A stretch of DNA of 64,000 nt from NCBI GenBank assembly GCA_965215195.1, contig CBDCDC010000001.1:736001-800000 (forward strand), given 5' to 3'. The position numbers and the translations under genes are program-made. Each line of letters starts with the position of its first letter. The first letter of the stretch is position 1. A model generated the notes under the pieces. The model saw nothing but the letters and a program-made list of their open reading frames with translations, was not told the origin of the DNA and ran no database searches. The stretch comes from Candidatus Latescibacterota bacterium (GTDB lineage: Bacteria > Latescibacterota > UBA2968 > UBA8231). Below, piece after piece: positions 20,198-30,502 of the stretch.

Positions 20198-21013
20198 CTA
20201 TTCCTTCACCGCACCAGCCGTCAGCCCCTGCGTGAAAAATCGCTGGGTGAAGAGGAAGAATAGCACCGTTGGCACCAAGGCGATGATCGAGGCCGCCGAG
20301 ATGTAGCGCCAGTTGACGCCAAAGACGCCTTGGAGGCTGGCTAACCCCAATTGCAGGGTGTACAGCTCGCGGCTTTTGAGCACCACCAGCGGCCACAGAA
20401 AATCGTTCCACTGGGCCACGAACGTGAACGCGGCCTGCGCGGCGAGGGCCGGTTTGACCAGAGGCATCATAATGCGCACATAGATGGTCCACGGGCCGCA
20501 GCCGTCAATGCGCGCGGCGTCTTCTAAGTCGGTGGGAATGGTGGTGAAGGCTTGGCGCAGGAGAAAGATGCCAAAGGCGTTGACGGCCACCGGCAGGATG
20601 ACGCCGGCGTACGAATCCACGAGGCCGAGCTTCAAGGTGACGATGAAGAGCGGGATTAAGAGGACTTGGAACGGCACCATGGTCGTGGCCAATATGCAGT
20701 AGAAGATGGCTTGGCGTCCGCGAAAGCGCATGCGGGCGAGGGCGTAGCCGGCCAGCGAGCAGCACGCCAAGTTGAGCAGGACGGTGGCGATGGCAATGTA
20801 GAAGGTATTGAAGAGGTAGCGCGCAAACGGGAGGATGTTCCAAGCCTTGGCAAAGTTGCTCCAGACGATGGGGTCGGGAATCCACTGCGGCGGGTGGGCG
20901 AACAGATCGGCCGACTCGGGTTTGAGCGCGGTGGATAGCAGCCAAGCGAAGGGGGCCAGCAAGGTCGCGCCGACCGTGCACAGGACCGCGTAGAGCAGAA
21001 TGCGCTGGACCAT
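20198..21013 (-). CDS. Carbohydrate ABC transporter permease (MalG-like)
   Basis: LEDAARIDGC EAA loop, WNDFLWPL. Confidence 0.9.
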   Translation of the reverse strand: MVQRILLYAVLCTVGATLLAPFAWLLSTALKPESADLFAHPPQWIPDPIVWSNFAKAWNILPFARYLFNTFYIAIATVLLNLACCSLAGYALARMRFRGRQAIFYCILATTMVPFQVLLIPLFIVTLKLGLVDSYAGVILPVAVNAFGIFLLRQAFTTIPTDLEDAARIDGCGPWTIYVRIMMPLVKPALAAQAAFTFVAQWNDFLWPLVVLKSRELYTLQLGLASLQGVFGVNWRYISAASIIALVPTVLFFLFTQRFFTQGLTAGAVKE

Positions 21014-21014
21014 C

Positions 21015-21935
21015 TCAGTCTCCTCGGCCGGCGAGGCGGAAGTTGAGCAGGGCAAAGATCAATATGACGACCAGCAGGCAGAGCGAGACGGCCGCGGCGT
21101 ACCCTACTTCGAGGTACTTGAACCCGAGCGTGTAGATGTAATAGGCCAACAGGTTGGTGCGGTGGAAGGGGCCGCCGCCGGTCATCACGTACACTTCGCC
21201 GAAGGTGCGCAAGGCGGCAATGGTGGCGATGATGGAGACCACGAGCGTGTAGGGCTTGATCGTCGGGATGGTGACGTGGCGCACGACCTGCCACCAACCG
21301 GCTCCATCGACGCGAGCGGCTTCTTTGAGCTGGGCCGGGATGCCCTGCAAGCCGGCCAGATAGATAATCATGTAGTACGGCGCGGCCTTCCACACGGTGA
21401 CCATGGCCACTGCAAACAGGGCGATGGCCGGCTCGGTCAACCACGCGGATTGGGTCTCCACGCCCAACCAGCCCAAGAGGGCCGCGGGGACGCCGCGCAC
21501 ATCGGCCAGCCACGACGGGCCGCTGACGCCCAGCCCCTTGAGGAAGGCGTTGAGCAGGCCGTCGGTATTGTAGAGCCACTTCCAGACGATGCCGGCGACC
21601 ACGATGGAGGTGACGACCGGAATGTAGTACAGGGTGCGAAACACCTTGATCAGCCGCAGCGAGTTGTCGAGCAGGAGCGCCATGAAAAACGAGAGCACCA
21701 CGAGCGCGGGCACGACAAGGGTCGAGTAGAGCAAGGTATTGGCCAAGACCCGCCAAAACAGCTCGTCGCCCCAAGCGCGGCGAAAATTGTCGAGGCCGAC
21801 GAAGGTTGGCGGCGAGAAGATGTTGTAGCGGTGCAGGCTGAGATAGAGCGTGTCGAGCAAGGGATAGGCAAAGAACAGGGCTAGGAGCAACAGCCCGGGG
21901 GCGACAAAGCAATAAGGCGCGTAGCGTCCGTACAT
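21015..21935 (-). CDS. Carbohydrate ABC transporter permease (MalF-like)
   Basis: FVGLDNF, LKEAARVDGA, VYVMTGGGP. Confidence 0.9.
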   Translation of the reverse strand: MYGRYAPYCFVAPGLLLLALFFAYPLLDTLYLSLHRYNIFSPPTFVGLDNFRRAWGDELFWRVLANTLLYSTLVVPALVVLSFFMALLLDNSLRLIKVFRTLYYIPVVTSIVVAGIVWKWLYNTDGLLNAFLKGLGVSGPSWLADVRGVPAALLGWLGVETQSAWLTEPAIALFAVAMVTVWKAAPYYMIIYLAGLQGIPAQLKEAARVDGAGWWQVVRHVTIPTIKPYTLVVSIIATIAALRTFGEVYVMTGGGPFHRTNLLAYYIYTLGFKYLEVGYAAAVSLCLLVVILIFALLNFRLAGRGD

Positions 21936-21946
21936 AGCGGTTGGTC

Positions 21947-23200
21947 TCAATGGAAACGCGACAGGTGGTTCCACTTGGATTCGATGCGGCTCAGGGCCGC
22001 GTCTGCGCTCTGCTGGCCGGCCAATGCCTTGGCGAATTCCTCGTGGAGGATGTCCTCCATCCGGCTCCAGCCCTTGACGTCAGGCGGGGCCATGACAAAG
22101 GAGTGGGCAATGTCGGCCGCAGAAAGCTGGTTGGCCGCGTCGGCCAGCGTGGCGGGCGGGCGGCGGAAGTAGGGGTCGGCGGCCGCGTCCACGGTCGAGG
22201 GCAAAATTGCGACGCGGCGGCAGAATTCGAGTTGGTTGGCGTCGTTGGTGACAAACAGCCCAAAGTCAACGGCTTGCTCTACGTGGGGCGAGGCTTTGGG
22301 CACGACCAAGACTTGGCTGGTGGCCGGCACTTGCCCGAGGCGGCCGCGCGGCATGGGGGCTGGCACCGCCTTTTTGGCAAAGGAGTCGTCGAAGTAACGG
22401 GTGATCCAGCCGCCGGAAAAGGGCAGCATGGCTGCGCGGCCCTCGATGAACCAATTGACCTCGTCGCGGTGGGCGGCGGCGAGGGCTTCGGGGGGGAGGA
22501 CGCCTTGCTGATAGGCGTTGATCCACTTTTGCAAGATGGCCTGCGCTGCGGGGTGGTTGATGCGGGTGCGGCGGCCGTTGGGGGCGAAGAGCGGCCAGAA
22601 TCCGTCTAGGCGCAACAGGGCCCAAGGCGGGGCTATGAGCGAGGGATGCAGCCGCCAAGAGATCCCGTATTTGCCGGTGCGCTCGCGGATTTGGCGGCCC
22701 ATGGCGATCATCTCGTCGATGGTGGTCGGCGGGTGCTGCGGGTCGAGGCCGGCTTGGGCGAAGAGATCCTTGTTGTACCAGAGCATGGTGACGCCAACGT
22801 ACCAGGGGATGGCGTAGTTGCTGCCTTGGAAGTAGCCGACGCCGCGCCAGAAGTTGGCGAGCCGTTTGGCCTTTTCGGCGGGCGCGACCGCCTCGTCCAT
22901 GTTGACGAGGATGTCGTATTGCAGGAAGCGGGGCAGGTCGTAGATGTTGGCCAAGTCGGGGGGCGCGTCTCCGACTAAGGCGGCGAGGAACTTCTCGGCC
23001 ACTTCGCCGCCGCTGACATCGACCCACTTGACTTGTACGCCCGGATGCGCCTGCTCGTACTCGGCGATCATGCCCAAGATGTAGTCGGCAAACGCATCGC
23101 CGAGGGCAATGGTCCAAAACTCGAGGGTGACGGTGGCGTCTTGGCGCGGCTTGGGGCTACAGGAGGCAAGGGCGAGAAGGAGGGAAAGGGCTAAGGGCAT
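21947..23200 (-). CDS. Sugar ABC transporter substrate-binding lipoprotein
   Basis: Lipobox LASC; GDAPPDL, YAIPWY, LWYNKDLFAQAGL. Confidence 0.9.
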   Translation of the reverse strand: MPLALSLLLALASCSPKPRQDATVTLEFWTIALGDAFADYILGMIAEYEQAHPGVQVKWVDVSGGEVAEKFLAALVGDAPPDLANIYDLPRFLQYDILVNMDEAVAPAEKAKRLANFWRGVGYFQGSNYAIPWYVGVTMLWYNKDLFAQAGLDPQHPPTTIDEMIAMGRQIRERTGKYGISWRLHPSLIAPPWALLRLDGFWPLFAPNGRRTRINHPAAQAILQKWINAYQQGVLPPEALAAAHRDEVNWFIEGRAAMLPFSGGWITRYFDDSFAKKAVPAPMPRGRLGQVPATSQVLVVPKASPHVEQAVDFGLFVTNDANQLEFCRRVAILPSTVDAAADPYFRRPPATLADAANQLSAADIAHSFVMAPPDVKGWSRMEDILHEEFAKALAGQQSADAALSRIESKWNHLSRFH

Positions 23201-23418
23201 TGGGAATTAGGAATGGTGGAGTGCATGGGGGTGAGTGACTTTGTCACAGGAATAGAATTGGGTTTCAGTAGGCGACTTGTTCTGTTGACCAAACTACGTT
23301 TAGGCGCATCTGCAAGCAATCGGCACCTAGACAGGTCTTGCCGAAATGAACATCGGCACTCGGTGAATGACGTTGCCGGCCTTGACAAAGTTTGTGGATT
23401 CCACACAGTGGACTATTC

Positions 23419-23565
23419 CTGAGAACGCCGCCGGGGAATAGGTTGGAAAAGCTCAAGGGAGAGTGGGAGGACTTTTACTCCATCAGGATCAACGATCAGT
23501 GGCGATTGGTTTTTCGCTGGAGCGACGGGCAGGCGTATGAAGTAAGGATTATTGACTATCACTGA
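23419..23565 (+). pseudogene. higB: HigB toxin, C-terminal half only
   Basis: LRTPPGNRLEKLKGEWEDFYSIRINDQWRLVFRWSDGQAYEVRIIDYH*; in-frame stops upstream and no start. Confidence 0.8.
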
Positions 23566-23584
23566 CGGAGGTACGATAAAAACT

Positions 23585-23866
23585 ATGGAGCGACAACCTA
23601 AGAACCCCTTTCACCCAGGCGAGATGCTTCTTGAGGAGTTTCTCGAACCTATGGGTATGGACTTGACAGCATTTGCGGAGAAAATCGGCTGGTCCCAAGC
23701 TCGACTCAATGCGTTCATTCGAGGCGAGCGCGACGTAACGGCCGATGCAGCACTCGATCTTGCCGATTCCCTCGGAACATCGGCAAAGCTCTGGATGAAT
23801 ATGCAGTCAACGTACGATTTGGATAGAGCTGCCAAGGCACGGAGCTTGGTTGTTTCGAGTATTTAG
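23585..23866 (+). CDS. higA: HigA antitoxin
   Basis: PFHPGEMLLEEFLEPM...VTADAALDLADSLGTSAKLWMNMQSTYDL. Confidence 0.9.
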   Translation: MERQPKNPFHPGEMLLEEFLEPMGMDLTAFAEKIGWSQARLNAFIRGERDVTADAALDLADSLGTSAKLWMNMQSTYDLDRAAKARSLVVSSI

Positions 23867-23874
23867 CAAATTCC

Positions 23875-24011
23875 CTTACTACACGACACCAGCCTCTCAG
23901 CCTGCCAAGGCTCGAGGGCATCTGGCCCTCGTCGAGGGCGGGACGCCCTCGATCCCGGACCCATCGGTAACAGCAGAAAAGGCGTACTCAAAGTAAGTGT
24001 CGTGTACTAAG
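23875..24011. repeat. MITE/REP-like element, family A
   Basis: CTTACTACACGACAC ... GTGTCGTGTACTAAG (14/15 inverted match); two GAGGGC/GCCCTC hairpins. Confidence 0.7.
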
Positions 24012-24096
24012 GCAAATTCCCAAGAACATGCACGACCCGTTCGGCTGTCGGGACCGAGAATTTTTGCGGCCCTGCTGGATGTGCTCGCCGCATGAG

Positions 24097-24133
24097 CCGC
24101 CCGACATGTCCACGAAATGGACATGTCGGGCGG
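24097..24133. terminator. Perfect 16-bp hairpin between convergent genes
   Basis: CCGCCCGACATGTCCA-cgaaa-TGGACATGTCGGGCGG; no clear U-tract. Confidence 0.45.
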
Positions 24134-24207
24134 ATATGTCGAAAAAAGTCCAAAAAATCGACGCGTTTTTGGAATATGTCGAAGACGTGGACATATCGGA
24201 GCCTAGA

Positions 24208-25071
24208 TCAATCCGTCTGGATTTTGAACGACTGCACGGCGATATGCTCGTGATCCGATGTCCGCGCTTGCTTTATGGCGTGTTCGGTCAGGGGCAAATG
24301 GTAATGGGTCTCGGCGTTGGCTTTGATAAAGCCCTCGGCATAAGCGCACCCGGCGGCTGAGCCAAAGGCCCCGTCGCTGGTCTCGATCCGCTTGCGTGCA
24401 TAGGCTCCGCCGTAGCCTTGGCTTGCTAGGCAATCCAGCGCCGCCAGCTTCTTGGCGACCACGTCGGTAATGTCGATAAAGACATCGTTGTAGTAGCCGC
24501 CCTCTGAATCCCAGACACTGCGCGGAATGGCCGCCGCCCCGGTGCCAAAATAGAAAACTTGCGCGACCCGGTGCGGCGGGCGGCTGTCGCCGGGATCCAC
24601 TCCGTTGGCCAGCGCGAGCGCGTGAAGGACGATTTGACCGCAGACCGCATGGGCGTTGGTCAGCCCGTCGCCTTCCTTGGGAAAGTGAGTCAGCACCACA
24701 TCCGGCTGCAGTTGGCGCACCAGCCGGGCCAAGCGGCGCACGGCCTCCTCGGTAACTTGCAACACGGCGTCGTCGGCCGCGAAAAAGTGGATTTCCTCAA
24801 CCCCGAGCAGGGCACAAGCTCGCCGCACTTCGTCGGCCTTGACGTCGGCGCGCTCGGCCATCAGCGCCGTTAGTTGGTCGGCTTGCGGGACTTCGGCCCG
24901 GTGGAACATCTCGTCGCTGATCACCTTGTCGTGGACCCTCGCTCCATGCGTCAGCACCACGCAGCCGACCCAATCGCCGCGGGCGACGTGATGGGCCATA
25001 GTGCCGCCCGACTGGTCGAAGATGTCGGCTGGATGTGCACCGATGGACAACAAGCGCAGAGTATCGCTCAT
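24208..25071 (-). CDS. PIG-L/LmbE family deacetylase-like protein
   Basis: IGAHPADIFDQSGGT, LTHG, PDVVLTH, DITDV..KKLAAL, YAEGF. Confidence 0.8.
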   Translation of the reverse strand: MSDTLRLLSIGAHPADIFDQSGGTMAHHVARGDWVGCVVLTHGARVHDKVISDEMFHRAEVPQADQLTALMAERADVKADEVRRACALLGVEEIHFFAADDAVLQVTEEAVRRLARLVRQLQPDVVLTHFPKEGDGLTNAHAVCGQIVLHALALANGVDPGDSRPPHRVAQVFYFGTGAAAIPRSVWDSEGGYYNDVFIDITDVVAKKLAALDCLASQGYGGAYARKRIETSDGAFGSAAGCAYAEGFIKANAETHYHLPLTEHAIKQARTSDHEHIAVQSFKIQTD

Positions 25072-25099
25072 GTTCGTTTCCTTTCGCGTTTTGTTGCAC

Positions 25100-25738
25100 T
25101 CATTTGAACAGGCTCTTGCGGCCTATCCTGCTGCACAAAGGGCACTCGGCCGGCTGGTGCCCGCGCGCCGGGCAATGCTCGCGGCCAAAGTAGATGATTT
25201 GCAGGTGCAGGTCGTTCCACCGCGCCTCCGGGAAGAGGCGCTTGCAGTCCCGCTCAGTCTGCTCAACGCTCTTGCCGCTGGACAGGCCCCAGCGGTAGAT
25301 CAGCCGCTGGATATGGGTATCCACGGGGAAGGTCGGCACACCGAAGTTCTGGGCCAGAACGACTTGCGCGGTCTTGTGCCCCACCCCGGGCAGGCGTTCG
25401 AGCGCGGCCAGATCGGGCGGGACTTGGCCGTTGTGTTCGGCGAGCAGGATCTGCGAGAGCGACCAGATGGCCTTGGACTTGCGCGGGGCTAGGCCGCAGG
25501 GGCGAATGATTTGCTCGATCTCTTCCGCGGCCAGCTCGACCATGCGCTCTGGCCGGTCGGCGCGGGCAAAGAGCGCGGGCGTCACTTGGTTGACCCGCAC
25601 ATCTGTACATTGCGCCGAAAGCAACACGGCAATGAGATGCGTGTAGGGATCCCGACGTTTGAGCGGGACCGAGGGATTGGGATAGAGCCGCTGGAGTACG
25701 TCGAGGACGATCTGAACTTTGGCCGTGGTTGTTAGCAA
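25100..25738 (-). CDS. nth: Endonuclease III
   Basis: LIAVLLSAQCTD, LPGVGHKTA (HhH), FPVDTHI, C-x6-H...CPLC Fe-S region. Confidence 0.93.
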   Translation of the reverse strand: MLTTTAKVQIVLDVLQRLYPNPSVPLKRRDPYTHLIAVLLSAQCTDVRVNQVTPALFARADRPERMVELAAEEIEQIIRPCGLAPRKSKAIWSLSQILLAEHNGQVPPDLAALERLPGVGHKTAQVVLAQNFGVPTFPVDTHIQRLIYRWGLSSGKSVEQTERDCKRLFPEARWNDLHLQIIYFGREHCPARGHQPAECPLCSRIGRKSLFK

Positions 25739-25794
25739 TCTACCTCGTACATGGAGGAACTAGGGCAAGTCCGTAGGGGCGAAGTCTGCGTCTG

Positions 25795-26928
25795 CTAGGA
25801 TGGTTCGCGACGTGCCGCCCACTGCTTTTTCATCTGCTCCATCTCCCCATTCAGCGCGATTGTCCCACTGGTGATTTGATTCTCCGAATCGTACAACCAG
25901 CGGCCCTGATTGGCGCGCAAGACGGGCATGCGCTGGGCGACCGCCGGGGGTTCGGCCACGCGAGTGGGTTCGGCCGCGTACCAGTAGGCGACGCTGCTCA
26001 TCTCGTTGCAGAGGTGATTGCCGTGGCCGTGTTCGATGGTGGCCTTGATTTCCCGCTCGAAGTGAACCGGGTTTTCGAGATGGTGGACGTACGAGGTCTG
26101 GTAGCCGTTGGTGTTGTCTTCGTGGATGGAGGAACCGTTGCGCAAAAAGGCGTTGTCCTGCATGCCCCAAGCCTGATTGAGGTAGTCCTCGCTGCCGGTG
26201 CCGTGCAGTTCGGGGGGCCACTTGTACCCATCGACCCAGATCATGTCGTCGCCCTCGCCCCACCAAGTGCCTTGGAAGTTGGTGACGCTGATGTTGCAGC
26301 CGATGTAGTGGCCGCGCCCTTGGGTCTCCAAGATGACGTAGTTGTTGTCCCAAGCAGTTTGTTCCTTGTTGGCGATGTTGGCCTCTGGCGCGTTGACGCG
26401 GATTTCGTGGCCCCAGCCGCCAAAGGGGTTTTCGCGGCGGAACTCGGCGTGAAAGTACCCGGCCTCGCCCGGCACGTGGCCGGTTTCGTAATCGACGTAG
26501 AAGTACTGGCGGTGCCGTTCGCTACTCTCGTTGACCAGCTCGACGACCGCTCGCTGGCGGAAGGGCATTTGCGCGTAGGCGTTGAGGGCGCAGCCGGCGT
26601 TGAAGCGATTGTTGCTGCGCGTCGAAGCCGAAAAGAGCAAAGACTGGTAGGAGTTGACAATGCCGTGGCCGAGGCCAAAGAAATCGCCCAAGGGGCAGAC
26701 CACGCTGGGATAGTCTGCGTCGTCGTAGGTGATCTTGAGCAAGCACTCTCGGTAGTGGTTGGCTTGGGTCAGCCAGAGGTGGGTGATGCGGCCGGGGCCT
26801 TGGAGGTCGGCGAGGATTGCGCTCTCGCCGGGTTCGATCCACCAAGCGTCGCTGTTGCGGCCGGTTTCGTCCCAAGAGGAGGCGCGCCCGGTTTGGGCCG
26901 TGCGGATATGGGCGAGTTGGTCGAGCAT
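25795..26928 (-). CDS. DUF2961 (GH172) family protein
   Basis: GPGRITHLWLT, PLGDFFG, WWGEGDD, GTGSEDY, IEHGHGN. Confidence 0.85.
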   Translation of the reverse strand: MLDQLAHIRTAQTGRASSWDETGRNSDAWWIEPGESAILADLQGPGRITHLWLTQANHYRECLLKITYDDADYPSVVCPLGDFFGLGHGIVNSYQSLLFSASTRSNNRFNAGCALNAYAQMPFRQRAVVELVNESSERHRQYFYVDYETGHVPGEAGYFHAEFRRENPFGGWGHEIRVNAPEANIANKEQTAWDNNYVILETQGRGHYIGCNISVTNFQGTWWGEGDDMIWVDGYKWPPELHGTGSEDYLNQAWGMQDNAFLRNGSSIHEDNTNGYQTSYVHHLENPVHFEREIKATIEHGHGNHLCNEMSSVAYWYAAEPTRVAEPPAVAQRMPVLRANQGRWLYDSENQITSGTIALNGEMEQMKKQWAARREPS

Positions 26929-26941
26929 GAAGTACTCCTTT

Positions 26942-28156
26942 CTAAGCCTTGACGTTGCCCGTCTTTTGCACCTGCTCATAAATCCGGGCGAATTCTTCAG
27001 ATCCGTCGTCGTTCCAGACCTCGCTCCGTACGCCGCGCACATTGCCCTCGACAAAGCCGGTCAGCCGTGCGACCGCCGAGATGCTCGGGGTGTAGTACGT
27101 GGTGCCGCCGGGCAGGTGCAAGATGCCGACGTGGCGCGGCAGCTCGCTCTTGGGCCGTGCGGCTAGCTCGGCCAATATGCGCTCATCCACCTCCACGCCC
27201 AGTCCCGGCCCTTCGGGCACGGGCGTGCTGCCCTCGCTGACTTCGAGGCGGCCGCCGGTCACGTCCTCGGCGTACTGGTCGTCTAAGTTGGTCGAATGCG
27301 AGACATTGGGCATGACCGCGCCCAAGTGCATGGCCATGGCCTTGCACAGGGTGCCGCCGGTGAGCTGGACCACGGTCGAGAGGCCGGCGGCCGCCGCCGC
27401 CAAGCCCCGGCGCATGGAGTGGCCAATGCCCATTTCGCCGATCATGTAGAGGTCGGCCACATCCCGCTGCATCTCCGGGCCGCCCCCGAGCTGGGGCACG
27501 TGCATCAAAAGTGGCAGGGAGGTCTTGGCGCGCAACAGGCGCCAGCCCTCGATGTCGTAGGGATAGAGCGGATCTTCCAAAAAGCCGACGACCGGAAATT
27601 TTTCCAGCTCATCGACGATGCGCAGCACGGCCGTAGCGGGCCGATTGTGGTTGAAGTCCCAGTGGACCTTAAAGCCGGGCGGCGCGACTTCTTGGGCGGC
27701 GCGCGTCTGCTCGATCACGTCGTGGTGTTCGGCCGAGTGCATCTTGAAGATGGTGTAGCCCTCTTGGGCGGCGCGCTGGATTTCGCCGGCAAAGTCCTCG
27801 GGAGCGGCCGGCCGGGTCCACGCCGCCACGGGTACGCGGTCGCGGACCTTCTGGCCCAACAGCTTGTACGCCGGCTCTTCAATGGCCTTGCCCATGGCGT
27901 CGTACAGCGCACCCATCAGGCCGGTGTTGAGCGCACCGGCGACGTAGTTGAACGGCGATTGGTCGATCATGGCTGCGATCTGCCCTGTGCCCAGCGAGGC
28001 GTGGCCGCGCCCGTCGCCATAGCCCACGACGCCGTTGTCGAGGGTTACGCGGAAGACGGTCTGGGTGTCGATGCCGGCGAAGCGGACCTCGTGGCCTTGG
28101 TAGCGGTCGCAGAGGCGCGGGTTGAGGTGGAAAAATTCGACGTTGGTGATTTTCAT
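26942..28156 (-). CDS. Mandelate racemase / muconate lactonizing enzyme family (enolase superfamily)
   Basis: ALYDAMGK, LLGQKVRDRVP, FKMH, DFN, LEDP, PEGPGLGVEVD. Confidence 0.8.
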   Translation of the reverse strand: MKITNVEFFHLNPRLCDRYQGHEVRFAGIDTQTVFRVTLDNGVVGYGDGRGHASLGTGQIAAMIDQSPFNYVAGALNTGLMGALYDAMGKAIEEPAYKLLGQKVRDRVPVAAWTRPAAPEDFAGEIQRAAQEGYTIFKMHSAEHHDVIEQTRAAQEVAPPGFKVHWDFNHNRPATAVLRIVDELEKFPVVGFLEDPLYPYDIEGWRLLRAKTSLPLLMHVPQLGGGPEMQRDVADLYMIGEMGIGHSMRRGLAAAAAGLSTVVQLTGGTLCKAMAMHLGAVMPNVSHSTNLDDQYAEDVTGGRLEVSEGSTPVPEGPGLGVEVDERILAELAARPKSELPRHVGILHLPGGTTYYTPSISAVARLTGFVEGNVRGVRSEVWNDDGSEEFARIYEQVQKTGNVKA

Positions 28157-28292
28157 GGATGGGCTCCTAGGTAATAGCGCATAGATAAGCTCAGCGAGAG
28201 CGATGCTCTTCCCGGGCCGCTTCAGTTGCGGCCTCGAGGCGATTGCGAAGTTGAAGGCTGCAAGTGTCGAGATAGACTCTCATGCTTGGAGG

Positions 28293-29678
28293 CTACAAGC
28301 CACTCAGGATTTTGCCGGGGTTCATAAGGTTGTCCGGGTCAAGTGCTCTTTTGATGCGGCGCATGATCTCGACGCCCGGGCCGCACTCGGCTTCAAGCGC
28401 GTCGATCTTGCCCAAGCCGATGCCGTGTTCGCCGGTACAGGTTCCACCGGCTTGGAGTGCCCACTCGACGATCTGCTCGCCCAGCCGCTGCACCTGCGCC
28501 AGTTCCGCGGCATTGCCCGGCTCGATGAGGCAGACGACGTGGAAGTTGCCGTCGCCGACGTGGCCGAAGAGCGGCGCGGGAAAGCTAAGGTCGGCCAGCG
28601 CGGCCCGCGTCTGGTGGATGCAGCGGGCGAGGGCCGTAATCGGCACGCAGACATCGGTTACATAGCCGACCGAACCGGGGCGGAGCGCACGCGAAGCGTA
28701 ATAGGCATCGTAGCGCGCCTGCCACAAGCGGTCGCGCTCGCCCGCGGCCGTGGCCCAGCGGAAGGGACCGCCGCCGTGCCGGGCCACGTGCATACCGGCG
28801 GTTTCAGCTTGTTCGACAACCCCTTTTTCCGAGCCGTGAAATTCAAAAAAGAGCGTCGGTGCCACCTCGTAATCAAGGCCCGCGTATTGGTTGCAGGCCT
28901 GCATTTGCACTTCGTCGAGCAATTCGAGCCGTGCGACCGGGACCCCCTCGCTCAAGACGTCAATGGCGGCGGCGACGGCCGTGTCGAGGTCGGCAAAGGG
29001 GCAGATGGCTGCGGAGATGGCCGCTGGCCGCCGGGCTAGGCGCAGGGTCACTTCGGCGATTAGGGCCAGCGTCCCCTCGGAGCCTACCAGCAGGGCGGTC
29101 AGGTCGTAGCCGGCCGACGATTTGCGCGCCCGGCCGCCCACTTCGACGACAGTGCCATCGGCGCAGACGGCCTTGAGCCCCAAGACATTGTCGCGCATGG
29201 TGCCATAGCCAACCGCAGCGCTGCCGGAGGCGCGGGTGGCGGCCATGCCGCCCAAGGAGGCGTCGGCGCCGGGATCAACTGGAAAGTGCAGGCCGGTCCC
29301 TTGCGCCCGCAGATGTTCGTTGAGTTGCTGGCGAGTGACGCCGGCTTCGACCGTGGCGTCCATGTCGGCGGCACTGACGCGGAGGATGCGGTTCATGTGC
29401 GAGAGATCGACGCAAAGGCCGCCGCGCACGGCGACGATACCGCCTTCGACGGCCGTGCCGGTGCCAAAGGGCACAATCGGCACTTGGTGCGCGGTGCATA
29501 TCCGGGCGATCTGGGCTATTTCCGCAACGCTTGCGGGGAAAGCCACGGCCTGCGGCGGTTGCGGCGCGTGGTAGGAGGCGTCGGCCGCGTGGGCGCGGCG
29601 CACTTCAGAGGTGGTATTCAGGTGCGGGCCGAGGAGCGCACTCAGGGCCGACAGGGCTTGGGGGTTTATGGGGTTCAT
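28293..29678 (-). CDS. FAD-linked oxidase, D-lactate dehydrogenase (cytochrome)-like
   Basis: FPVDPGADASLGGM, RKSSAGYDL, GSEGTL, GHVGDGNFH, GEHGIGLGK, MNPGK. Confidence 0.88.
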   Translation of the reverse strand: MNPINPQALSALSALLGPHLNTTSEVRRAHAADASYHAPQPPQAVAFPASVAEIAQIARICTAHQVPIVPFGTGTAVEGGIVAVRGGLCVDLSHMNRILRVSAADMDATVEAGVTRQQLNEHLRAQGTGLHFPVDPGADASLGGMAATRASGSAAVGYGTMRDNVLGLKAVCADGTVVEVGGRARKSSAGYDLTALLVGSEGTLALIAEVTLRLARRPAAISAAICPFADLDTAVAAAIDVLSEGVPVARLELLDEVQMQACNQYAGLDYEVAPTLFFEFHGSEKGVVEQAETAGMHVARHGGGPFRWATAAGERDRLWQARYDAYYASRALRPGSVGYVTDVCVPITALARCIHQTRAALADLSFPAPLFGHVGDGNFHVVCLIEPGNAAELAQVQRLGEQIVEWALQAGGTCTGEHGIGLGKIDALEAECGPGVEIMRRIKRALDPDNLMNPGKILSGL

Positions 29679-29776
29679 GGGCCGGTAATATGCCCAACGA
29701 CCGGGGGGCCGTCAAAGAAGAGCATACTACGATCAGCCGCCGAGGAGGGCTTGGGGATCGCGGCGTACCGCGTCAA

Positions 29777-29944
29777 CTACGTCGAGGTCGTCGAAGGAGA
29801 GAAAGCACCGTCTGCCCGGCGTGAGCTTCTGCGCGAGGGTGCTCTTTCCGTCTGGCGGGCACCGGTTACGACCACTGCCGGCATGACGCGGAGACGGTCG
29901 TCAAGGCCCGGCGCAACGAGGCGGGGAAGCGTAGTGTCTATCAT
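29777..29944 (-). pseudogene. N-terminal remnant of an AAA_14/DUF4143-type ATPase
   Basis: LPRLVAPGLDDRLRVMPAVVVTGARQT, Walker A broken off immediately after. Confidence 0.55.
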
Positions 29945-30066
29945 CTGCTTAATGATAATCATTCACGCAGTGAATTAGAATTCAATGGGGTCAGAGGTTG
30001 CCTCTGGACGGCTCTGCGCCTTTTTCGCATTATCGTTTTCCACCCCCAACTGGAGCCTAAACCACT

Positions 30067-30441
30067 ATGTCGAACCCCTTTCTCAGCGCGGCCGCGAGCC
30101 GCCAGAACCGCCTAGACGAATCGTGGGGCCACCTAACTTGGTTGGCGGGCCGTTCGCAGGGCAATGTCGAGGGCCTCACCTTGGGCCGCGTCGTCCTCAA
30201 AGCCGGCCACGCCAACCCGCGCCACGCCCACCCCAATTGCGAAGAAGTGCTCTATGTGCTCGCTGGTCGCGTAGAGCATAGCTTGGGCGATCAGTCTTTC
30301 ACGCTGGAAGCTGGCGATACCCTCGCCATCCCAGCCGGCGTCTTCCACAATGGAATTAGCCTCGGCCCCGAAGACGCGGATGTGATCGTGGCCTACTCGG
30401 AAGGCGATCGCCAATTCGTCTTGGAAGAAGACTGCTCGTGA
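30067..30441 (+). CDS. Cupin domain protein
   Basis: HAHPNCEEVLYVLAG, GDTLAIPAGVFH. Confidence 0.88.
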   Translation: MSNPFLSAAASRQNRLDESWGHLTWLAGRSQGNVEGLTLGRVVLKAGHANPRHAHPNCEEVLYVLAGRVEHSLGDQSFTLEAGDTLAIPAGVFHNGISLGPEDADVIVAYSEGDRQFVLEEDCS

Positions 30442-30502
30442 CCGGCAGCGGCTACAACATGCTGACCCAAATACATCTGGACAAAGCCCAACTGCGCCTG
30501 CG

